20,951 nt of DNA, from NCBI RefSeq assembly GCF_006345805.1, contig NW_021823911.1, positions 1-20,951 of the forward strand, written 5' to 3'. The notes beneath the pieces were generated by a model that saw only the letters and a list, made by a program, of their open reading frames with translations, was not told where the DNA came from and made no database searches. The position numbers and the translations under genes were made by a program. The DNA is from Octopus sinensis (lineage: Eukaryota). This document shows positions 1 through 10,739 of the stretch, piece after piece; position 1 is the first letter of the stretch; each line of letters starts with the position of its first letter.

Positions 1-72
1 TATATATATAGGTAGATAGATAGATAGATAGATAGAGAGGGAGAGGAAGGAAGGAAGGAAGGAAGGAAGGAA
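1..72. repeat. (TA)n/(GATA)n/(GGAA)n compound microsatellite
   Basis: Simple repeats read directly. Confidence 0.95.
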
Positions 73-594
73 TATATATGAATAAAAAGTTTTATTATCA
101 TTGTTTTACATCGATATCACACTGGCATACTATACGTTCATGTTTGTCGAAATCAATTAACGTAGATCAAATGAAGTTGATGAAAGTTCGAAAACAAAAA
201 CAAAAAAAAACAAAAACAAAAACAAAAAACCCCAAACATTGTTTGATCAATTGATATTTTAATGGCGATTGTCCATGAGATCGATAGCTAATCAATTGAT
301 TAGTACAGCGTCGAAGTTTTTGGCGAGGTGCGTTGTTGCATCTGACGATGTATCTATCTGTCTGTGGGTCTGTCTGTCTATCTATCTTTCTGTTTACTCG
401 TAAGCAACTGCGAGGAGGCTTCAATATGTGACTGTTACGTTGTTAAGCAATGGCAGAGAGTGGGAGAGATTTGTTTTTAAGTATTGACTATAATTGTGAC
501 ATGTAAACATAGTTTGTTCACCATCGCCATCCCACCACCACCACCACCACCATTACTATCACTACTTCATCATCATTTCTCTCTCTCTCTCTCT

Positions 595-934
595 GCCAGC
601 CTCGCCTGGCCCCCGTGCCGGTGGCACGTAAAAAGCACCATCCGTCCGTGGCTGTTTGACAGCCTCGCCTGGACACCGTGCCGGTGGCACATAAAAAGCA
701 CCATCCGTCCATGGCCATTTGCCAGCTCCGTCTGGCACCTGTGCGGGTGGCACTTAAAAAGCACCCACTACACTCACGGAGTGGTTGGCGTTAGGAAGGG
801 CATCCAGCCGTAGAAACACTGCCAGATCAGACTGGGCCTGGTGTAGACTTCTGGCTTCACAGACCCCAGTTGAACCGTCCAACCCATGCTAGCATGGAAA
901 GCGGACGCTAAATGATGATGATGATGATGATGAT
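595..934 (+). mobile_element. Non-autonomous retroposon/SINE 3' part (family A) with internal 63-bp tandem units and (ATG)n tail
   Basis: Units start at 595, 658 and 721 (GCCAGC...GTGGCACGTAAAAAGCACC). Body GGTTGGCGTTAGGAAGGGCATCCAGC...CATGGAAAGCGGACGCTAAATGATGAT recurs at 1507-1885 (-), 1886-1975 and 17886-18106. Confidence 0.85.
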
Positions 935-1089
935 ATATATATATATATATATAACTTATAAAATAAGGGTGAAAGAAAAATTCTAATGCCAAATATGCCG
1001 AAAATAGACAAAATTGTCAATAACCATTATAATTTTTGCGTCTCAAAACAAGCCGATAGAAATTTCTAAAAAATTCCGTTATTTAGATA

Positions 1090-1486
1090 TCTTTATATAT
1101 AAAAGAGAGGTTGTGTGGTGTCTGTCTCCTACGATTTAGATTCCTAACTACTCCCACATTTTGTGGTGCAGTTTAACCAAAACCGGGTATCTTATAGTTG
1201 TCATTCATATCGAGCCCTTCTGGGTATTAGCGCGTGTCTACGATGAGTCTACGATTCAAAAAAAAATTTACCATCAATTTTTCCCATTTTTAATGCATTT
1301 TTGGCATATATAAGGGAAGTAACTCTCTAAAAATGTATTATTAAATCTCAGAACGTAAAAAGCTACAGTAACACCCCACCCTTTGTGGTTAGCCATATTG
1401 AGATGGCTATTATACTTTACATCTCTAAAAATGCTTATATAGTTATCTCCCTTACAAACCCGAGCAACGCCGGGCAATACTGCTAG
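1090..1486 (+). mobile_element. Non-autonomous Helitron
   Basis: 5' TC after A (TCTTTATATATAAAAG), subterminal GC hairpin CCCGAGCAACGCCGGG (1459-1474), 3' CTAG (1483-1486) followed by T. The 3' end is shared with 16365-16749. Confidence 0.85.
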
Positions 1487-1506
1487 TATATATATATATA
1501 TATATA

Positions 1507-1885
1507 ATCATCATCATTTAACGTCCACTTTCCATGCTAGCATGGGTTGGATGATTTAACTGAGGTCTGGAGAACCAGATGGCTGCACCAGTCTCCAATC
1601 TGATCTGGCAGAGTTTCTACAGCTGGATGCCTTTCCTAATGCCAACCACTCCAAGAGTGTAGTGGGTGCTTTTTACGTGCCACCGGCACGAGGGCCAGTC
1701 AGGCGGTACTGGCAACGACCACGCTCGAATCTTTTTACACATGCCACCAGCACAAGTGCCAGTAAGGCGACGCTGGTAACAATCCCGCTCGAATGGTGTC
1801 CTTTTACGTGCCACTGGCACGGAAGCCAGTTAGCCACATTGGCAACGATCACGCTCGGATGGTGCTCTTGGCACCCTACTTGCAC
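1507..1885 (-). mobile_element. Family A retroposon copy
   Basis: Reverse-complement match to 595-934, including the (CAT)n tail and diverged internal tandem units. Confidence 0.85.
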
Positions 1886-1975
1886 GGTGCAGCCATCTGG
1901 TTCACCAGCCCTCAGTCAAGATCGTCCAACCCATGCTAGCTTGGAAAGCGGACGTTAAATGACGATGATGATGAT
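1886..1975 (+). mobile_element. Family A 3' end fragment, inverted relative to the adjacent copy
   Basis: GGTGCAGCCATCTGGTTC...GGACGTTAAATGACGATGATG is the reverse complement of 1507-1589. Confidence 0.85.
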
Positions 1976-2150
1976 ATATATATATATATCCATACACACA
2001 CACATACATATACACTCACTGGCAGACAAGCGGGAGATTAAAACTATTTATTGATAATATTAAAATGACTTCATCACATCGTCTTGTTACTTGGAGGGCA
2101 ATCACTTCAAACACGAGACAATCTATCTACATATATACATAAATACATAC

Positions 2151-2184
<34 letters not shown>

Positions 2185-2552
2185 TAATACATAGCTAATA
2201 TATATCTTTAGTTTTGTTCTTTGGAGCTAAATATCCAAACATCTATGTACTTTGTGACTTTCAAGAGCAATAAAAATATACACACCAATATGTCTATATA
2301 ATGTTCATATATAAATGTGTGTGTGTGTATGTGTGCTGTGCTGTGTATTTTGGACAGAATATTAATACTATTTGCCATAGTCCTTGTCCTCACTAAGTCT
2401 ATATTAATATTTATTTTGAAGTACGAAGCAGCAATCTGATTTTAAATTTGATTTTTATTATTTTCATTTTGTATTTTTTTCTCTGTATTTGTATATTTTT
2501 CTTTTTCCTTTTTTTTTATCTTTAAAGTGCACGAAAATGTCAAATATTTTGA

Positions 2553-2700
2553 CTTGGCTGTGTGGTTAAGAAGCTTTGCTTTGTAACTACATGGTTTCGG
2601 GTTCAGTCCCACTGTGCAGCTCCTTAGGCTAGTGTCTTCTACTATGGCCTGTTGTGGCCGAACAATGCTTTGTGAGTGAATTTGATAGATGTGTGTGTGT
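2553..2700 (+). mobile_element. Diverged tRNA-derived CORE-like SINE (family B)
   Basis: TGGCTGTGTGGTTAAG...GGTTCAGTCCCACTG matches 7916-8160 with many substitutions. Confidence 0.8.
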
Positions 2701-2754
2701 TGCATGTATGCATCCTCACAGGAATCATTGAAGTTTTTTGCAAACTAAGGTTTT

Positions 2755-2795
<41 letters not shown>

Positions 2796-2799
2796 CATA

Positions 2800-3133
2800 C
2801 ATGGAATTTTTGAAAAGCAAAAATTTTACATCATGTAGCTTGTTATTCTCTTTAAGTGAACATTTTTCTGGTTGAAATACACCGAAAAATGGCGACACAG
2901 CAGTCAAAAAATTATAAAAAATAGGGATTTTCATAGAAAAAAAACACCTTTTTGATGTAAATAATTTTTGGTCTTAACATGGTCCGATTTGAATTTTTTC
3001 TTCTACGGAATGAAGAGTAAGCCCTCTTCTATCATGTTGGTCAACTTGCACCGCAGGGTCTCGGAGGAGATAGTGTTAGTTGAAGGCTACCAAACCTGCC
3101 TCACACAGACAACTTCAGCTTTATATATAGAGA
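2800..3133 (-). mobile_element. Helitron-like element, 3'-truncated
   Basis: Minus-strand 5' end TCTCTATATATAAAGCTGAAGTTGTCTGTGTG resembles the 5' ends of the other Helitrons. No CTAG end is found; it runs into (TA)n. Confidence 0.6.
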
Positions 3134-3699
3134 TTAAGAGCACTTCCTGTTCAATTTTTGAGGCGATTCGGTCTGCAAAATAATTCTCTCATTTTGAGCT
3201 ATTTTTCGACACCATTTTCAACTGAGAACTCCTTAAAAAGGCACACTCAAATCTGCGAGAATTTGCATTTTTCAAGCTAAAGAATTCAAACTTGCTCCAA
3301 TCGATTCAGGAAATTTTCTTACGTATATGCTCATATTTTGTTTTTTGAAAAACTCAAAAATTGAACTTGTTTTTGCCCCATTTTTCCGTTGCATTCACAC
3401 AAACACGTGCACAGTCATGCATAGAATCCATATAAAGCAGCAATTTGACACCACTGGTTTCTGTGGCTGTGGTTTTCTCTACATGTTATATAGGCCTCTC
3501 TCATGTTAGTTTTCAGTGTTCTGCTACCCAGACCCAAATTAACACACATAAAGGCCCTAAACGCTTAAAAGATTTTGGTGCCTCCACACTTATGTAATTC
3601 AAAATATAAACAATAATAAACCATGAAATATATTTTATTTTTCAGAATAAAACAAACTAGCGACTGTATGGAATGGAAGGTAATGTTTATTTTTGTATA

Positions 3700-4206
3700 C
3701 CAAAAATCCTCGAGTATAATCCGCATTCTTTTCCCAAAATTTAAAGGTCAAAATCCCTAGTGCATACTATATACAGGGTTAAAGATGAAAATTATTTTCT
3801 AAGCAATGCCCGAGTCGCTATCTGCTGTCCAGCAATGTTTATTCAGACACATTTTGTGATGTCGGGTGGGAAAATACCTTAAGCTAAGCTGAAAACAATG
3901 AAGTCATAAAAGAATCATCCATAACTTGCAGTAAGCAACATTTATTAAAATATAAGTATTCAGAACACAGAATAACATGTAACAAAAACAATTTGCAAAC
4001 ATATTTACATTCCCATATAACAGTTAAGAACATCACCATTGTATTACGCATGTACGGAAGTGTTTGTTCGACTAGGTGCTGCTGACTTAATTACCCACGA
4101 CTCAAGTTAGAAAAGGGGTGCATATTAGATTTTTTTCAGAGGTACAGCCCCCTAAAAATCCCCTGCATATTATACTCAAGGGTGGACTATACTCGAGGAT
4201 TTATGT
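3700..4206. mobile_element. pogo/Tigger-type (Tc1-mariner) MITE
   Basis: Imperfect ~25-bp TIRs CCAAAAATCCTCGAGTATAATCCGC (3700-3724) / GTGGACTATACTCGAGGATTTATGT (4182-4206), flanked by TA on both sides. Confidence 0.8.
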
Positions 4207-4444
4207 TACTTCTACTTTATTTACGTTTGGAAAGTTTCCTCCAACTTTTTTGAATTGCAAAATCTTTGATCAGATCCTCAAAAATAATCTAACATATAAT
4301 ACATCTGCTTCTATACTTAATAGAGATAAGGTTTGCCAAATATTATTTTGACAAGTTTAAAGTGATTTCTTTTGTGCTGTAAAACATTTACTATTTCTGT
4401 GGTTCCTTGCTTTCCTTGATATCCTGAGCGCGTGCTTTTGTTGT

Positions 4445-4550
4445 TCAACCCTTTAGCATTTAACCCGGCCATATCCGGCCCAAATATCCTACTTGTTTTA
4501 TGTTCAAGGTCTGGCCTCTCAAACCTACCCTACAATGTTATTCTAAAAAT
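4445..4550 (+). mobile_element. piggyBac-like MITE fragment (family P1)
   Basis: Begins (T)CAACCCTTTAGCATT, a degenerate TTAA+CCC end; homologous to 7517-7737 and 7738-7888. Confidence 0.7.
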
Positions 4551-4576
4551 AGTGGTGGTGGAGGTGGGTGGGTGGT

Positions 4577-4965
4577 TAGTCTTGCCAGTAGTCTTCCTCG
4601 AGCATCTTTGGAGGGATGCATCTAGCTTTCTGTTGATTTCTCTGTGCTCTTCTATGTCTTGCTAGCATGGAGAATTTCTGGTAAACCAATGCAGTTCAGA
4701 GGACCAGATAGTGCTCATAGCCTGGAATATGGTCGAACCTTTGCCAATCCCACGATTGACTTTTGTCTCAATATTCATTTCTACTTTAGGCAAAAGGCCT
4801 GAAATTTGGGGGAGGGTGCCAGTCGATTAGATCGACCCCATTACGCAACTGGTACTTAATTTATTGACCCTGAAAGGATAAAAGGCAAAGTCGACCTTGG
4901 CGGAATTTGAACTCTGACTTTTGTCTCAATATTATCATTGTCACTAATGACGCTACCCAGATAGG
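4577..4965 (-). pseudogene. Decayed RTE-like LINE reverse transcriptase fragment (C-terminal RT/thumb region), interrupted by a SINE
   Basis: Manual translation after removing the SINE gives PYLGSVISDNDNIETKVNRGIGKGSTIFQAMSTIWSS...LHASKT*KST / EINRKLDASLQRCSRK...YWQD. This matches the non-LTR RT pattern YLGS...RIGKA...LYxSETW...KLDAFxxRCLR...WQD, with stops and frameshifts. Confidence 0.8.
4776..4914 (-). mobile_element. 5'-truncated SINE (family C, MetaSINE/Sauria-like core) with 19-bp TSD
   Basis: Core GGTCGACTTTGCCTTT..CCTTTCAGGGTC on the minus strand; TGACTTTTGTCTCAATATT at 4757-4775 and 4915-4933. Confidence 0.9.
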
Positions 4966-5626
4966 GTTAGGGTTATTTGGACGGTTGATCTTTGGAACCA
5001 GTACAGTAGACTATACACATGCTAAGGGCAGAGTAACGGCATCAGAGTCACTCTAAATCTGGTAAATCACCGAATTTAGTCAAAAAAAATAAAGAAAAAT
5101 TATCATTCAACAAACAAAATAAAACAAACAAAAATAAAAGGCAAATAAAAAGTAAATAAAAATAATTGGAAATAAACTTTGATTCGCTCAGTTTCCATTG
5201 AAGTTCTTATTTCTCCTCCATCTCCTCCTCTCTTCTTCCTCCCCCCTCCTTTATCTTCTCACCTTAAAGGTATTGTCGTAAAATCTTTAAATCTTAGTTC
5301 ATTTAGATGATTAAGGATAATCCACTCCACTTTCCAGTCTTAGGATGGATATTAATTCGATTCCGTGGGGGTGTTTTTTTTGTTTGTTTGTTTGCCATTT
5401 TTTTGTGCTTATTTTATTTTATTTTATATTTTGCTTATTTGTTGTTTTTTGTATTTTTTAAATTTTATTTTGTTTTATTTTAACTTACTTTCGAAATATC
5501 GATTGAGAACCAAAACAAAGAAAAATCAAAAATATTTGAAAGGTTTTGAGGGCGGGTCGAATTAACCTACCACCGTCGTTTCTTTCTTTGTTTTAGAGAA
5601 AATGGATAAGAGACAAGAAGAAGAAA

Positions 5627-5917
5627 CATATACACCTACATACACACATACATACACAGACTTACCCACACACATACATATGTGCACATACATGCACATA
5701 CTTACATATACACATGCTCACACTTTTTCACACACACACACACGTATGCATGTACACACAGCACACTTACATATACAAATACACTTTAAAAACTTACATA
5801 TGTACACATTCATACACATACAATGCTTACACATGCACAGACACCCATACATACGTATGTACACACACACACTTTCTCACATATGCTTTCATATACATAT
5901 GCACTTTCACACACTTG

Positions 5918-5955
<38 letters not shown>

Positions 5956-6292
5956 CAACACACACTTTCATATACACATACACTCACACACTTGCATATG
6001 CACACACTTATACACACAGTTACACATGTACACACACAAATGTACAACACACATACACACACACTTGCATATGCACACACTCATACACACATGCACACAG
6101 TTACACATGTACACACATACACACACACATGTACAACACTCACTTTCATATACACATACACTGACACACTTGCATATGCACACATACACAACACATATAC
6201 ACATACACACACACTTACACGTGTACTCACTCACACACTTAGATGTACACATACTTACACACACACACATGTACAAACACATACACATGTAC

Positions 6293-6340
<48 letters not shown>
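5627..6340. repeat. Degenerate (CA)n-derived minisatellite
   Basis: CA-rich array with recurring CATGTACA, CACTTGCATATGCA and CACTTTCATATAC modules. Confidence 0.9.
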
Positions 6341-6341
<1 letters not shown>

Positions 6342-6682
6342 ACCACCTGGCACACCTCCTTTTCCTCTCAAGGTGTCTCCTTGTCTCTTAATATTTTAGA
6401 AAACTTCTGAACGACTTTTTCTTTACTGAATTACCAAATCACAATAAACTTAGAGATTTAGGAAAAAAAAAAAAACCTTTTGATTATCTTTAAGCTCGAA
6501 TCAACCCTAATTGAACCTCCCACATTGTCTAGACAAATGTCTGGCGCTAATCAGGAAAGCCAGTTTCTGGAACTTTCTTGAAGTATTGAAGGTGTTTTCC
6601 CACCCTCCACCCTTCCGTGCAAAGATTAACTCCTCCAGAGCAACATCGTATCGTTTTGATATTAGTCTTATTCAACATATAC

Positions 6683-6897
6683 TCTTTTCTCTTTTACTCT
6701 TTTACTTGTTTCAGTCATTTGACTGCGGCCATGCTGGAGCACCGCCTTTAGTCGAGCAAATCGACCCCGGTACTTATTTTTTGTAAGCCCAGTACTTATT
6801 CTATCGGTCTCTTTTGCCGAACCGCTAAGTGACAGGGACGTAAACACACCAGCATCGGTTGTCAAACAATGCTAGGGGGACAAACGCAGACACACAA

Positions 6898-6942
<45 letters not shown>

Positions 6943-7103
6943 TACGACGGGCTTCTTTCAGTTTCCGTCTACCAAATCCACTCACAAGGCTTTGGTCGGC
7001 CCGAGGCTATAGCAGAAGACACTTGCCCAAGATGCCACGCAGTGGGACTGAACCCGGAACCATGTGGTTGGTTAGCAAGCTACTTACCACACAGCCACTC
7101 CTG
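6683..7103 (-). mobile_element. Near full-length family B SINE (tRNA head, CORE-like domain, internal TA/TG tract, (GAGTAAAA)-type tail)
   Basis: Minus strand: CAGGAGTGGCTGTGTGGTAAG (A-box-like), GGGTTCAGTCCC (B-box-like), CORE-like GGCATCTTGGGCAAGTGTCTT; multiple copies in the window. Confidence 0.9.
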
Positions 7104-7375
7104 TATATTTAAATATCTAAAATATGTATATATATTTGCACACACAAAACAATTACAAAGAATACAGAGACTGGTACATCTTCAAATTTTTCTTTAATTT
7201 AACAGATTAATTACACAGCATAATCAGTTAATTAAAACCACTGACATGTGTTTCAATTTAGTGTTGTCAGCCAGAACCTGGAATATACCTGAGAACTGTT
7301 ACAGTATCCATCTGGATAATTTATCCCTATTTACTCACCTTAGATACATACATACATACATATACACATATATAT

Positions 7376-7455
7376 CTTTTATCTTTTATTTATTCCAATC
7401 ATTAGACTGTGGCCATGCTGGAGCACTGCCTAGGGAAATTTTAGCTAAACAAATA
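7376..7455 (-). mobile_element. Family B SINE tail fragment
   Basis: GACTGTGGCCATGCTGGAGCACTGCC matches 6721-6746. Confidence 0.75.
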
Positions 7456-7516
7456 GACTCAAGTCTACTCAGATGGCAAAAATGAGTTACTCTCTCTCTT
7501 TTACTTGCAGCCATGC

Positions 7517-7888
7517 TTTTAGCATTTAAACCAGCCAAATCCGGTTCAGATATTCTACTTGTTTTATGCTCAAACTGGTCAGATCTGGTCCCTCACACCT
7601 ACCCTACAATGCCACTCTCAAAATAAGCAATCACATCGTTGAAGTCTCAAAGCTGTGAGATAATACCAGATTAATTCAAAATATTGTGAATAAATAAGTG
7701 TTACATTTGACTGAGTAATCCAAATGTTAAACAGTTAAACCAGACATATCTGACCTTTCAAACCTACCCTGCAATGTTATTCTAAAAATAAACAGTTGCA
7801 CCATTGAAATCTCAAAGCATGATTAATTCAAAACAGTGTATATAATGAAGCTTAACATTTGACAGAGTTATCTAAATGCTTAAGGGTG
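7517..7888 (+). mobile_element. Two tandem diverged copies of piggyBac-like MITE P1 (about 7517-7737 and 7738-7888)
   Basis: Repeated CCTACCCT(A/G)CAATG...GAAATCTCAAAGC...ATTAATTCAAAA...CATTTGAC; ends TTTAGCATT / AATGCTTAAGGG and GTTAA. Confidence 0.75.
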
Positions 7889-7915
7889 AGCTCTTTAGCA
7901 TTTAACTTGAACATA

Positions 7916-8160
7916 GGCGTAGGAGCGGCTGTGTGGTAAGTAGCTTGCTTATCAACCACATGGTTCCGGGTTCAGTCCCACTGTGTGGCACCTTGGGCAA
8001 GTGTCTTCTACTATATCCTCGGGCCGACCAAAGCCTTGTGAGTGGATTTGGTAGACGGAAACTGAAAGAAGCCCGTCATGTATAAGTATATATATGTGTG
8101 TATATGTTTGTGTGTCTGTGTCCCCCCCCCCCGCAACATCACTTGACAACCGATGCTGGT
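7916..8160 (+). mobile_element. Family B SINE, 3'-truncated
   Basis: Reverse-complement match to 6848-7103. Confidence 0.9.
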
Positions 8161-8348
8161 AAAGGATAAATTATAACCTTCATTGCTCAGATTCACACTG
8201 GCCAGAAGAATTTTTAAAAGAGTGATTGACAGATTAGAGGAAACTCTTTAACATTCAGCATACTTTGTCAAATCTAATCCTTATTTATTCAGTTTTTTTA
8301 AAATTAATCAAACATAATCTCATGAGTCTGAGATTTCAATGATGGGAT

Positions 8349-8577
8349 TAACCCTTTCGATACCAACCTAGCTGAAACTGCCTCTGGCTCTGTAGTACAA
8401 ATGTCTTGTTTTCAAAAGTTCTGAATTAAAATCTTCCACCAAACCTTAGTCACAATTTATGTTCCTAACAGTAGCTGAATAATAACTAAGTTATTTGACT
8501 AAATTTTTTATTATATTTTAAATTAATTGAAAGAAACACAGAACATCTCAAAATGAATATGGAAATGAAAGGGCCAA
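8349..8577. mobile_element. Second piggyBac-like MITE (P2)
   Basis: TTAACCCTTTCG at the left end; GAAAGGG plus degenerate CCAA at the right end (short TIR). Confidence 0.6.
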
Positions 8578-8768
8578 ATGTCATTTTTGCTGGATTCCTT
8601 GTAAAGTGGCAATGTAAAAGAAGTTCCAACCAATTCTGTCCATTAGTTTTCCTGCAATCATTACTCTTGCGCTGTATACGCAATTGCTAATTTTGGGGCT
8701 CAGGATTCCAGATGGAGGGTAAAGTTAGACACGGAGGCCCAGGTCTTAGAAGGTTAAATGGTTGATGA

Positions 8769-8908
8769 GGTCGACTTTGCCTTTCATCCTTTCAGGGTCG
8801 ATTAAATAAGTACCAGTTACGCACTGGGGTCGATGTAATCGACTTAATCCGTTTGTCTGTCCTTGTTTGTCCTCTCTGTGTTTAGCCCCTTGTGGGTAGT
8901 AAAGAAAT
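8769..8908 (+). mobile_element. 5'-truncated family C SINE with 10-bp TSD
   Basis: Matches the reverse complement of 15786-15925; TGGTTGATGA at 8759-8768 and 8909-8918. Confidence 0.9.
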
Positions 8909-9633
8909 TGGTTGATGAAGTCAAGAGATGATCAGAAAAAAACAAGGGTTTCATATTTTTGTAGGAACAAAAAATTGGTGTTACCAGTTTATGAAAATAC
9001 AGGGTTCAGCAAAACATACAAAATTAAAAAAAAAAAACATCCATATTATTATTGGCTATTCATGTAGAATATTTTTAATTGTAAATGGCCCGTTCATCCG
9101 TTTTGATTTCCTGCTTGTGTTCAGCTAGACTTGTAGCTCGCAATATGTATACATAAATATATCTGCATATATACACATATATAAATATATGTGGTAATGT
9201 CTTCTGTTATGGCTAAGGTGGTTTTTTGTTGCAATGTTTTATTACGGTAGGCGTTTCATGTAGGATATTTTAACCATTGTTATTTCCTGCCCTATGTTTA
9301 AACTGTGCTGATAACTTGCTCGTTATGTACATTAATGTCTTCTATAAGCTAAACCGCTTCTGTGTTCACTTCTTTTAAATCACTGTATTATTAAGTGCCG
9401 GAGTCGATGTAATCAACCCGCTCCCTTCTGGCTTTATGCCAAAACCAGAAAGATGTATTATTAAAATGGTTTTCTAACTCTCCTTGTTGCACGTTTTGCT
9501 TAGCCTTTTTTTTTTTTTTTTTACTATTATACATTTTTTGATAACCATTAAAAACATAAATATATTGAAATGATTTTTTTTCTTGGAGTGTGACTTCTCT
9601 GCTTATTGGTCTTATATGCCATTGAATATTGTT

Positions 9634-9635
<2 letters not shown>

Positions 9636-9668
<33 letters not shown>

Positions 9669-9697
9669 CCTACCTACCTACCTACCTACCTATCTAC

Positions 9698-9760
<63 letters not shown>

Positions 9761-9809
9761 CCTATCTATCTATCTATCTATCTACCTACCTATCTACCTA
9801 TCTATCTAC

Positions 9810-9850
<41 letters not shown>

Positions 9851-9865
9851 ATCTATCTATCTATC

Positions 9866-9920
<55 letters not shown>

Positions 9921-10129
9921 TGTTTCTTACTTTTTATTAAAAAAAATTCTTTCTGTTATATACGATCCCTTTTGATCTCTCTTTTTTTTTCTGATCCCTT
10001 TTGATAGGAATTTTACATTTGTTTCCTTGTTTTTCCTGTTTCTTTTCCATCTTCGAAAAGTAAAGCTCTAAATTTGTATTTGTCCCCTCTGTTTCAGCCC
10101 TGTGGTGGCCATAAAGAATTATCTGTCTA

Positions 10130-10214
<85 letters not shown>

Positions 10215-10339
10215 TCTATCTATCTATCTACCTACCTATCTACCTACCTACCTATCTACCTACCTATCTATCTACCTATCTACCTACCTATCTATCTATC
10301 TATCTATCTACCTATCTATCTATCATCTATCTATCTATC

Positions 10340-10406
<67 letters not shown>

Positions 10407-10610
10407 TGTTTCTTACTTTTTATTAAAAAAAATTCTTTCTGTTATATACGATCCCTTTTGATCTCTCTTTTTTTTCTGATCCCTTTTGATAGGAATTTTA
10501 CATTTGTTTCCTTGTTTTTCCTGTTTCTTTTCCATCTTCGAAAAGTAAAGCTCTAAATTTGTATTTGTCCCCTCTGTGTTCAGCCCTGTGTGGCCAATAA
10601 AGAAAGTTAT
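9636..10610. repeat. Tandem duplication, ~486-bp unit: (TATC/TACC)n + (TC)n + ~190-bp non-satellite segment
   Basis: 9921-10110 is almost identical to 10407-10600; a diverged third copy lies at ~11126-11290. Confidence 0.9.
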
Positions 10611-10640
10611 CTGTCTATCTCTCTCTCTATCTATGCATCA

Positions 10641-10676
<36 letters not shown>

Positions 10677-10739
10677 CTCTGTCTGTCTGTCTGTCTGTCT
10701 GTTGTCTGTCTGTCTGTCTGTCTATACATACATACATAC

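Noticed and set aside
5602-6399. 265-aa His/Thr-rich ORF and overlapping ORFs
   Set aside because: Translation of a CA-rich satellite; open in several frames simply because it lacks stop codons.
6621-6642. Partial resemblance to recalled miR-1175 (also miR-1-like at ~8608 and miR-219-like at ~267)
   Set aside because: Seed or body mismatches and no precursor hairpin.
7331-7342. Consensus donor AG|GTGAGT on the minus strand
   Set aside because: Upstream sequence is microsatellite and SINE tail with no plausible exon.
9583-10556. YLSI-repeat ORFs
   Set aside because: (TATC)n translation artefacts.
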